64,000 nucleotides of DNA, from positions 16,589-80,588 of IMG/VR virus record IMGVR_UViG_3300027387_000003, one strand, 5' to 3'. The stretch comes from a virus. Under the pieces are notes generated by a model. It saw only the letters and a program-made list of their open reading frames with translations. It did no database searches and was not told where the DNA came from. Position 1 is the stretch's first letter. Every line of letters starts with the position of its first letter. Position numbers and translations under genes: made by a program. Below, piece by piece: positions 48,280-56,235 of the stretch.

Positions 48280-49209
48280 ATGAACTTCTACGATGCCCTT
48301 GTTGCGCAAGCGCGACCTATATCCGTAGAGCCATCTGAAACTTCCTACTTCACAAAGCCAGGGGCGGGATTAGACCCTAGATTATTCCGCGATGGCAAGT
48401 TGATTCCATCGGTACGTTCTATGGTGTTTCGCATCCTTCTTGAGCACCTTAAAAACCATTTTAATAGCCCAGAGGCCTATATCCACATTTGGTTAGCGGG
48501 CTCTGCTGTGTCCTATCAGTGGTCTGCAGCTCGTAAACCAGCTGACTTAGACTGCCTGATTGGCGTAAATTATTTACAGTTTCGTCAATCTAATTCAGAA
48601 TACAAAGCGTTAAGTGATAAACAAATATCACAGCTATTCAATGAGACTTTCCAAGAGCTACACCCAACAACTAACAACTTCTTAGATTCCTTTGAGCTTA
48701 CGTTCTATGTTAATGTTCAGTCAGACATTCGCAATATCAAACCGTACGCTGCTTACTCTTTAACAAACGATGATTGGACCGTACAGCCAGAACTTAAGGG
48801 TGCGCCATCCAACAAGCAGTGGGATAGAAAAGTAGATTCCGACAAATCAATGGCGTTAGAAATACTTTCACGATACTCACGTGCGTTAAGTGATATTGGA
48901 GCAGCCAGTACAGATACGGCACGTCGTAATGCTGAAGCCGCATTAAAACTAGCGGTAGAACAAGGTTCGTCTTTATTTGAAGATATACATCAAGGTAGAA
49001 AATACGCATTTAGCCCTAGTGGACAAGGCTATGCAGATGCTCATAACTACCGTTGGCAAGCAGGCAAGGCATCTGGTACTGTGCAGGCACTAAAGCAATT
49101 GAAAGAGATTGCTACTATGACTAAACAGCAATTTGAAGAACAAACCTATGGACAACAACTGCCAACTGCCGATACGCTAATTAGACGTGCATTAAGTAAT
49201 AAACGTTAA
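48280..49209 (+). CDS. Pol-beta superfamily nucleotidyltransferase
   Basis: LAGSAVSYQW...ADLDCLI (GS..DxD) motif. Confidence 0.75.
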   Translation: MNFYDALVAQARPISVEPSETSYFTKPGAGLDPRLFRDGKLIPSVRSMVFRILLEHLKNHFNSPEAYIHIWLAGSAVSYQWSAARKPADLDCLIGVNYLQFRQSNSEYKALSDKQISQLFNETFQELHPTTNNFLDSFELTFYVNVQSDIRNIKPYAAYSLTNDDWTVQPELKGAPSNKQWDRKVDSDKSMALEILSRYSRALSDIGAASTDTARRNAEAALKLAVEQGSSLFEDIHQGRKYAFSPSGQGYADAHNYRWQAGKASGTVQALKQLKEIATMTKQQFEEQTYGQQLPTADTLIRRALSNKR

Positions 49210-49230
49210 TACTAATAAGGAGCACTAATC

Positions 49231-49692
49231 GTGGCAATTTTATTATTTATGGAAGGTGTTTTGCGCAACGACAAAGCATTTCCTATTGCTGATGGCATGG
49301 CTCTGTACAGGATATTAAAAGAAAAAAACAGAGTGCTAGTCATGTGTGAAGATAAAGAAAAAAGCGACCACTGGCTACGTCAGCATCGTATTAATAATAT
49401 GGATGATTTGGTTGATATTGCAGATGTGCCTGCCCCTGGAGAATTTCCTAAACTACGTCAGGTAGAGTGGGTAAAGTCCCAAGGCCCAGTGGAGTATGTG
49501 ATAACATCCGACCCAGAATTAACTTGCAAACTATTAGAAAAGGGTATTACAACATTAGTGTTTCTTAACCCTACGTATGCAAAAGAAGAGTTTAGACCAG
49601 ATAGTCGAAAAGGCGTTCGCTCATGGTCTGATATAACCACAGAACTAGAGCGCCAACAGGACCAATATCAGGAGGATGAACGATTATCATGA
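49231..49692 (+). CDS. degenerate HAD-fold protein
   Basis: LLFMEGVLR in place of DxDGVL; WL..H. Confidence 0.6.
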   Translation: MAILLFMEGVLRNDKAFPIADGMALYRILKEKNRVLVMCEDKEKSDHWLRQHRINNMDDLVDIADVPAPGEFPKLRQVEWVKSQGPVEYVITSDPELTCKLLEKGITTLVFLNPTYAKEEFRPDSRKGVRSWSDITTELERQQDQYQEDERLS

Positions 49693-50162
49693 GACTAACA
49701 TTTGAACCGCTACATGACGACCCAAAGACTATCTACATCGTGGCTAGTTGGAACCAGGCTTACTGGGGTAGCCAATACCCAGACATCTTTGATAGTGATG
49801 ACTTTCAATCTGAATTTGAGTCACATTCTAAAAATAAAGAGGGGCTTCCACGCACCTACGTTGCAAAATTAAATAACGAATTAGCTGGGGTTGTAACTAT
49901 AGAGTCTGACCCTGCTATAGATAGTTGGTCTTTTGGACCTTGGGTAAGCAACCTGTACGTAGCTGAAGACTTCAGGGGCCAGGGCATCGGCAACTATTTA
50001 ATGGAAATGGCTTTAGTTAAATTAAAAGAACTTAACTACGAGAAAGCCTATATTTGGACAGATGCATCCAATGAAGAGTATTACACCCGCCGCTTATGGA
50101 CAGCTGTTGCTGGCAGTGAATTGGGCGAACGACGCATTTTGGTATTTGAAAAGACCTTGTAA
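49689..50162 (+). CDS. GNAT acetyltransferase
   Basis: LYVAEDFRGQGIG acetyl-CoA motif, YY.R..W. Confidence 0.9.
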   Translation: MRLTFEPLHDDPKTIYIVASWNQAYWGSQYPDIFDSDDFQSEFESHSKNKEGLPRTYVAKLNNELAGVVTIESDPAIDSWSFGPWVSNLYVAEDFRGQGIGNYLMEMALVKLKELNYEKAYIWTDASNEEYYTRRLWTAVAGSELGERRILVFEKTL

Positions 50163-51616
50163 TGCGGATTGTATATTTGGGATGTGAGATTCCAAGTAAC
50201 CGCACCCTGCTAGAGTCGACCACAGCTAACCATGTGGGCCTGAGCTTCTACGGCCTTGTAAAGCGCGGATTACCTAAAACCAAAGAGTATCTATTAGAAA
50301 ACTACTTTTCTAAGGATTCCTATATTTATGTGTACCCAGGGTTACCTAAAAACCTGAACATGACCAGGGTTGAGCTCGAGGAGTTTGCTGCTGCCTACGA
50401 GCACATGATTGCCTTGAACATTGACCGCATTTCTATATTTGCTGAGATTAATAACTCATTTGTTTCCCCGTCATTCGTGGAGGAGCAGCGCCGCACAGCT
50501 TGGTCCCAGGTTCCGCCAGGTAAGTTCTTACCAGTTTGGAACCCAGAATCTAAGTTAGAAACCCTACAAGCCATGGGAGATAAGTACCTAGATATAGGCA
50601 TACCAGGCGATGTAATCGACGTAGAGACCCGTCTAGCTTCAGTCACAAGACTTATGGCTAAGCGCAATGGAAACCGCTTCCATGCGCTAGGCTGTGCCAA
50701 GCCAGACAACCTACGCTCTGTGCCTTTTGAGACCGCTAGCACCCTCTCATGGCTCTCGCCAATGATGCACGGGGAAACGATTGTCTGGGACGGTACTAGG
50801 CTTATGCGCTACCCCAAGCGTATGAAAGAACAGGCTCGCTCACGATACAACCACGTATATGAGAAGGCTGGCATAGATGCAGATAAAATTGCTGAAGATG
50901 ACCCACAGGAAGTGTGTCGCCTTGCAGTATGGTCATACGAACAGTTTGAGGTTAGGATAAATAAAGTGGGCGATTCTTATCATGATAATAACGATGAAAC
51001 TAACATGTCAGATAACGCGGAACTGACCCCAACCAATGCTGATAATAAGGGTATCCAGATGCGGAAACTTAATCCGCGAAATCCAGAAGAAATGGGCAAT
51101 TTACCAGTCTTCGGATACGAGATAAAGACCGAAGTTGATGCTGATGGAGTCATATCAGATACCACCCATATCTCATCCCAAGCAACCACAATTCGTGCAT
51201 GCGATACATGCTTTATTGCCTCTAACTGCCCTGCTTACAAGCCTCAAAGTGTGTGCGCTTTTAAGTTACCAATCGAGGTAAAGACTAAAGACCAACTTAA
51301 GAGTCTTATTAACTCAATCATCGAAATGCAGGGACAACGCGTTGCTTTTATGCGTTTTGCTGAAGAAATGAACGGTGGATACGCTGACCCTAACGTTTCT
51401 CAGGAGATAGACCGCCTATTCAAACTTATAAAAACCACCAAAGAATTGGACGACTCACGTGAGTTTATTCGCATGACCGTAGAGCGCCAAGGGTCTTCAG
51501 GTGTGCTATCTTCCATCTTCGGAGACAAGGCTCAGGCACTAAAAGAACTGCCAGACGGCGGGCTAAATGAGTCTGAAACAACCAAGATAATCAAGGATTT
51601 AACTGAAGATAAGTAA
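50162..51616 (+). CDS. TGT/queuine tRNA-ribosyltransferase-like TIM barrel with C-terminal Cys cluster
   Basis: FLPVW, RFHALG, ASTLSW (cf. DSSSW), CDTC.....CP.......C. Confidence 0.5.
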   Translation: MRIVYLGCEIPSNRTLLESTTANHVGLSFYGLVKRGLPKTKEYLLENYFSKDSYIYVYPGLPKNLNMTRVELEEFAAAYEHMIALNIDRISIFAEINNSFVSPSFVEEQRRTAWSQVPPGKFLPVWNPESKLETLQAMGDKYLDIGIPGDVIDVETRLASVTRLMAKRNGNRFHALGCAKPDNLRSVPFETASTLSWLSPMMHGETIVWDGTRLMRYPKRMKEQARSRYNHVYEKAGIDADKIAEDDPQEVCRLAVWSYEQFEVRINKVGDSYHDNNDETNMSDNAELTPTNADNKGIQMRKLNPRNPEEMGNLPVFGYEIKTEVDADGVISDTTHISSQATTIRACDTCFIASNCPAYKPQSVCAFKLPIEVKTKDQLKSLINSIIEMQGQRVAFMRFAEEMNGGYADPNVSQEIDRLFKLIKTTKELDDSREFIRMTVERQGSSGVLSSIFGDKAQALKELPDGGLNESETTKIIKDLTEDK

Positions 51617-51722
51617 GTTTTATTATCATGATAATAACAACTAAATAAGCACGGAATCACACAGTCTGAAATCGGCTGTAACTCATGGCTACACTATACG
51701 ACCCCCTATGAATGGAGAACAC

Positions 51723-53756
51723 ATGGCACTATCTTTCCGACTAGCCGAAGACTTTCTAAAGGAGTACCGTGCTAAACAAGTGCCTTGGGGATACAAGGAT
51801 GCTGGCGGTAACTCCGTCGGTGAGATTACCTTCCTTCGCACCTACTCCCGTCTAAAGGCTGACGGAACTAAGGAGACATGGACTGATGTTTGCCAGCGAG
51901 TAATCGAAGGCATGTACTCAATCCAAAAAGACCACTGCAAGTCCCAGCGTCTTCCTTGGAATGACTCACGAGCTCAGGCTTCGGCTAAGGAAGCCTTCGA
52001 CCGCCTGTTTAACTTAAAGTGGACTCCCCCAGGTCGTGGACTTTGGGTAATGGGAACTCCCTTAGTGAATGAACAAAAGAACTCTGCTGCTTTGCAGAAC
52101 TGCTCTTTTGTATCCACCGCTTCTATGACCAAGTTAGACCCTGCTAAGCCTTTTACTTTCTTGATGGAAGCATCGATGCTAGGCGTTGGTGTGGGCTTTG
52201 ATGATAAGGGTGCGGACAAAGACTTCCCTATTTACGAGCCTTCTAAAGATGAAGCCAACCACCAGATGTGGGAAATCCCAGATACCCGCGAGGGATGGGT
52301 GGACTCTGTTGGCATGCTTATCAACTCCTACTTAAAACCAGACCAGCCTAGATGGGTATTTGATTACACACTTATCCGTCCTGAAGGAGAACCAATCAAG
52401 ACCTTCGGCGGCACTGCAGCTGGGCCAGGGCCTCTCGTTAAGTTACACGACTATATTGCTAACCTATTTGAAGGTCGGGCTAATCAAAAGTTAACCCGCA
52501 AAGATATTGCAGATATAGGCAACCTGATAGGCGTTTGCGTTGTCTCTGGCAATGTCCGCCGCTCAGCCGAACTTCTCATGGGTCGTTTGGATGACAAGGA
52601 CTTCTTAAACTTAAAGAACCCTGCTGTATATCCTGAACGCAACTCTTATGACCCCGCCTCTCCTGGCTGGGCATGGATGTCTAACAACTCTGTCGAGGTA
52701 AAGGTCGGAGATGACTTCTCTGGAATTATCGAAGGTATCGCTCTCAATGGTGAGCCTGGGGTTATCTGGATGGATGTTACCCGTCAGTATGGTCGTCTTA
52801 TTGACCCAATCAATAATAAAGACCATCGAGCCTCTGGATATAACCCATGCGCTGAACAGTCCCTTGAATCTTTTGAGTGCTGTACTTTGGTGGAGACTTA
52901 CCTCAACCGCCACGACTCTATAGATGACTACAAGCGCACATTAAAGTTTGCGTACTTATATGCAAAGACTGTCACGTTGCTTCCTACTCACTGGGAAGAA
53001 ACAAATGCAATCATGCAACGCAATCGTCGTATCGGAACTTCTATGTCTGGTGTGGCTAACTTTGCAGACCGCAAGGGCTTGCCAACTCTCCGTGAGTGGA
53101 TGGACTCTGGCTACAAAGTCATCCAAGACTACGACCGCACATACTCAGAGTGGCTAGGTATCCGTGAATCTATTAAGACTACTACTGTGAAGCCAAGCGG
53201 AACTGTATCTATCCTTGCTGGAGAATCTCCTGGAGTGCATTGGACGCCAGGTGGAGAATACTTTAACCGTGCAATCCGCTTTTCTAATGATGACCCTATG
53301 CTACCTCTCTTTAGAGCGTCGGGTTATAAAGTAGAAAAGGCTTCGGAATCTCCAAAAACAACTTCTGTAGTCTTCTTCCCCATCCATAGCTCCGCGCTAC
53401 GCAGTGAGAAAGATGTTTCTATATATGAAAAGACCTCTCTCGCGGCTATGGCTCAGCGCCATTGGTCAGACAACAGTGTAAGCGTTACAGTATCGTTTGA
53501 CGCGGACAAAGAAAAGGATGCCGTGGGAACAGTGCTACATATGTTTGACGGGCAACTCAAAACCGTTTCCTTCCTACCTATGGGGAACGCGACTTACCCG
53601 CAAATGCCATACACACAGATAACTAAAGAAGAATACGACAAATCTACTATGAAGTTACTGCCTATTGACTTTACTGATGTCTATGCGGGAATGGCAGCGG
53701 ACGCAATCGGCGAGAAATACTGCTCAACAGACTACTGCGAAGTACCTAAACAATAA
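51723..53756 (+). CDS. nrdJ: class II (B12-dependent) ribonucleoside-triphosphate reductase
   Basis: PPGRGLW, NCSF, GNVRRSA, NPCAEQ, TTVKPSGT, C-terminal CxxxxC. Confidence 0.93.
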   Translation: MALSFRLAEDFLKEYRAKQVPWGYKDAGGNSVGEITFLRTYSRLKADGTKETWTDVCQRVIEGMYSIQKDHCKSQRLPWNDSRAQASAKEAFDRLFNLKWTPPGRGLWVMGTPLVNEQKNSAALQNCSFVSTASMTKLDPAKPFTFLMEASMLGVGVGFDDKGADKDFPIYEPSKDEANHQMWEIPDTREGWVDSVGMLINSYLKPDQPRWVFDYTLIRPEGEPIKTFGGTAAGPGPLVKLHDYIANLFEGRANQKLTRKDIADIGNLIGVCVVSGNVRRSAELLMGRLDDKDFLNLKNPAVYPERNSYDPASPGWAWMSNNSVEVKVGDDFSGIIEGIALNGEPGVIWMDVTRQYGRLIDPINNKDHRASGYNPCAEQSLESFECCTLVETYLNRHDSIDDYKRTLKFAYLYAKTVTLLPTHWEETNAIMQRNRRIGTSMSGVANFADRKGLPTLREWMDSGYKVIQDYDRTYSEWLGIRESIKTTTVKPSGTVSILAGESPGVHWTPGGEYFNRAIRFSNDDPMLPLFRASGYKVEKASESPKTTSVVFFPIHSSALRSEKDVSIYEKTSLAAMAQRHWSDNSVSVTVSFDADKEKDAVGTVLHMFDGQLKTVSFLPMGNATYPQMPYTQITKEEYDKSTMKLLPIDFTDVYAGMAADAIGEKYCSTDYCEVPKQ

Positions 53757-53770
53757 ACTAATATAAAAGT

Positions 53771-53810
53771 AGAGAGCCCCTAGTTACCCGAAAACTAGGG
53801 GCTCTCTTTA
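53771..53810. terminator. bidirectional terminator at strand switch
   Basis: 15-bp stem AGAGAGCCCCTAGTT/AACTAGGGGCTCTCT between convergent gene blocks. Confidence 0.8.
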
Positions 53811-53906
53811 TTGGGAGAGGCGCAGGTCTATCTATCCGAAGGGGTGGGTCATGGATAGCCTTAAAAGTGTTAGTAGAGGAACACTCTCTTTGACGCCTAT
53901 ATTAAG

Positions 53907-54068
53907 TTATTTACATTTATTACAGTAATTAGGAACTCTCAGATTATTAGGGTGTGTGCGGTAAGTGCTACCACAGTGAAAGCATAGAACTTGCACAGTA
54001 GAACTATCTCCGAACTTACTCTCTTTAATATAAAACGGGTTACGAACTCTTATATCTTTAATCATCAT
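53907..54068 (-). CDS. small Zn-finger protein (53 aa)
   Basis: CFHC...CNKC, read by hand. Confidence 0.55.
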   Translation of the reverse strand: MMIKDIRVRNPFYIKESKFGDSSTVQVLCFHCGSTYRTHPNNLRVPNYCNKCK

Positions 54069-54177
54069 CTTCTAACTCATCATCATCTACCCACTCATCG
54101 GGGTCTATTGTAGGACTTGGGTTACCCCAATCAGGTTCAGGAACGATAGGGTCAAACGAATAACCAAACTTAGACAT
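54058..54177 (-). CDS. small acidic peptide (39 aa)
   Basis: MSKFGYSFDP...DDD, read by hand. Confidence 0.45.
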   Translation of the reverse strand: MSKFGYSFDPIVPEPDWGNPSPTIDPDEWVDDDELEDDD

Positions 54178-54184
54178 TTAACTA

Positions 54185-54472
54185 TTAAATCTCTCTCTTG
54201 AACAATACTTTGCCCTCAAACGACATAGGCTTGCCCTTTGCGTCAAGGTCAGTACCAGCAATCATCTTTACAGACTTCTTAGTGGTCATCTTAATAACCA
54301 TTTCCTTAATCCAACGCTTACCTGCGCTCGCGTTAGACCATGCGGTTGATACGATTACATTACCTTCGTCAATGCCCTCATCATAAGTGGTAACACGGGC
54401 TAACCATGCGCCACCCTTCTCAGGGTTCTTCTTTAGCGTAGCGTCAAATACTACATTTACTTTCTTAGCCAT
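54185..54472 (-). CDS. hypothetical protein
   Basis: AAGGAG RBS; TAGACA-17-TACCCT promoter upstream. Confidence 0.7.
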   Translation of the reverse strand: MAKKVNVVFDATLKKNPEKGGAWLARVTTYDEGIDEGNVIVSTAWSNASAGKRWIKEMVIKMTTKKSVKMIAGTDLDAKGKPMSFEGKVLFKREI

Positions 54473-54554
54473 TTAATTTCTCCTTAGGGTAGGCGTGAAA
54501 AGGGTACTGCTATACAACTAACTTGTCTAGTGGGCGTTGTGCGCCCAGCACAAA

Positions 54555-54665
54555 CTAACTAACGCCGTCCATTTCCGATACGGACTTCTTCTCTATCTTT
54601 AATCCTTCGTCTTTACCGCAACTGCAATTACCGCAACCGCACTTACTCTCTTTATCGTCAGACAT
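54555..54665 (-). CDS. Cys-rich mini-protein (CGCGNCSC)
   Basis: 36 aa read by hand, preceded by (GA)10. Confidence 0.45.
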   Translation of the reverse strand: MSDDKESKCGCGNCSCGKDEGLKIEKKSVSEMDGVS

Positions 54666-54685
54666 CTCTCTCTCTCTCTCTCTCT
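54665..54685. repeat. (TC)10 microsatellite
   Basis: TCTCTCTCTCTCTCTCTCTCT. Confidence 0.9.
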
Positions 54686-54687
54686 TA

Positions 54688-54831
54688 TTAAATAGACGCA
54701 GGGCTACCCTGCGGTACGATACACATTACGCAAAAGGCTAACCCAACCGCTACGGCTTGCTCAATATCCATGCCTTCGGGTGCAATTAACTCTCCGTTAT
54801 CATACTCAATAAAACAACGGGCGCATCTCAT
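54688..54831 (-). CDS. small Zn-finger protein (47 aa)
   Basis: CARC...CVMC, ATGA-coupled. Confidence 0.5.
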   Translation of the reverse strand: MRCARCFIEYDNGELIAPEGMDIEQAVAVGLAFCVMCIVPQGSPASI

Positions 54832-55274
54832 TTCTCAATACCAAAGTCCTCTAGGTTCTCATCTGTAATAGTAGTGGTGGGTTCTAATTTATATTCCGTA
54901 CCATAGCCCTTGTAGATTACTGTGCCGTCATTATCGGTAATTGTAACCACTTCTCTTGCCGTTGTAATAAAATCTTGTAGGTAGTGACTATCAACAATAG
55001 TTTCTACTGTGGCTTCACTCTCTCCCTTATATTTAATTCCTTCGGGTAGTGTAATAAGACTATCCCACTCCTCTTTATTGGCGTGTTCGATAGCCTCAAT
55101 ACATGTTTCTACCATAGCAAGGGGTACGGGTGGGTTAAGATTATTCTGTAAGTGGTACGCGACCAACTTCCAATAGTCGCTGACTTCCTCTAACTCGTCG
55201 TCAAGGTTCTCTATAATCTCGCCTTCATATACTTCGTGACCTTCATGGTCGTATCCGATAAACTCATCAGACAT
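54828..55274 (-). CDS. acidic hypothetical protein
   Basis: HL..N..PPVP..MV..C.EAI pattern; GGGAG RBS. Confidence 0.7.
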   Translation of the reverse strand: MSDEFIGYDHEGHEVYEGEIIENLDDELEEVSDYWKLVAYHLQNNLNPPVPLAMVETCIEAIEHANKEEWDSLITLPEGIKYKGESEATVETIVDSHYLQDFITTAREVVTITDNDGTVIYKGYGTEYKLEPTTTITDENLEDFGIEK

Positions 55275-55416
55275 GGTAAGACACTCCCGTTCGTAGGTTT
55301 CTTTGATACATAACTTCTGTAATTGTATCCCTAGTAAGACAATTAGCACAACCGCATGCTAACGGGTGTCCTTCAATAAGCCTATCTAACTCATCTAATA
55401 ACTCTGTTACGCTCAT
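55267..55416 (-). CDS. small hypothetical protein (49 aa)
   Basis: AAGGAG RBS, ATGA-coupled. Confidence 0.5.
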   Translation of the reverse strand: MSVTELLDELDRLIEGHPLACGCANCLTRDTITEVMYQRNLRTGVSYHV

Positions 55417-55568
55417 GCTATCTCCTTTACAATAAGGTTAGCCTTGTGGATAAGGTCGCCGTATTCCTGACGCACCCACTCATCTGCTAACGCTAGGGCT
55501 TCCGCGCTTGTATCTGTATCCCATGCGGTTGATATATCCGCTACAACTCTTACTTCGTACTTAGGCAT
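55413..55568 (-). CDS. small hypothetical protein (51 aa)
   Basis: MPKYEVRV..., overlapping ORF chain. Confidence 0.55.
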   Translation of the reverse strand: MPKYEVRVVADISTAWDTDTSAEALALADEWVRQEYGDLIHKANLIVKEIA

Positions 55569-55728
55569 ATTCCTCTACCTCTCGCTCAATAACGCCTTCT
55601 ACAATAAGGCTATCTAATAGGTCTGCTACATCTCCTAGCCGACCCTTTAACTTAGGGTCGGTTACTGCGTATCGTGCTTCCTCTACGGCATTTACCATTG
55701 AGTATAGGTTTTCCTTTGTGTATTCCAT
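55561..55728 (-). CDS. small hypothetical protein (55 aa)
   Basis: TAATG-coupled. Confidence 0.55.
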   Translation of the reverse strand: MEYTKENLYSMVNAVEEARYAVTDPKLKGRLGDVADLLDSLIVEGVIEREVEEYA

Positions 55729-56000
55729 TATGCTTTCTCGCTTTCTGTTTCTAATAGGCTTAGGTAGCCCACGATAGGTGGCTCTATATTTAACTCTGTC
55801 ATTAGTTCATAGATACTGTCATTAGCCTCATCTATCACCATGCGCTCGTCATGGTAATCAAGGTTCTCTATGCGTGGGTCGTCTGCGTTACGAAGGTACG
55901 CGGTATCTAGTGCTACATCTAGTGCGGTATCTAATAGGCTTATTGCCTTCTCATCACCATTTATATATTTATTAAATAGGGCTAGGTATTGTGGGTTCAT
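55728..56000 (-). CDS. hypothetical protein
   Basis: ORF chain. Confidence 0.65.
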   Translation of the reverse strand: MNPQYLALFNKYINGDEKAISLLDTALDVALDTAYLRNADDPRIENLDYHDERMVIDEANDSIYELMTELNIEPPIVGYLSLLETESEKA

Positions 56001-56155
56001 TTGCTTCTGTCCTCTAGGTAGAATAAATAATCTAACGCGGTATCACACGCATTAACGCCGTACTCGTCTTTTTCGATTTCCTCATGCGCCTTTAATCGGG
56101 TTAATACTTCTTTCAGTAGTTCTTTGTAATCTATATTTGGGTCTTGGTATTCCAT
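55997..56155 (-). CDS. small hypothetical protein (52 aa)
   Basis: GAAGGG RBS, ATGA-coupled. Confidence 0.55.
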   Translation of the reverse strand: MEYQDPNIDYKELLKEVLTRLKAHEEIEKDEYGVNACDTALDYLFYLEDRSK

Positions 56156-56235
56156 ATTTGTTGCCCTTCTGTTTGTGTTGTAGCGGATACCTGCACCTTA
56201 ACTGCAAGTATCCGCCCGAACGCCTGTTCGTATTG

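Noticed and set aside
1551-53157. Many short antisense or out-of-frame ORFs in the supplied track
   Set aside because: They overlap well-supported genes, lack RBS or motifs and look like shadow ORFs.
26573-53756. Inteins or introns in DnaB, PolA, RecA, RNR
   Set aside because: Lengths are ordinary and no intein or LAGLIDADG motifs were seen.
55445-55453. Sixth DnaA box (opposite orientation)
   Set aside because: Lies inside a small ORF and lacks the flanking TGTTCA and hairpin; compatible with chance.
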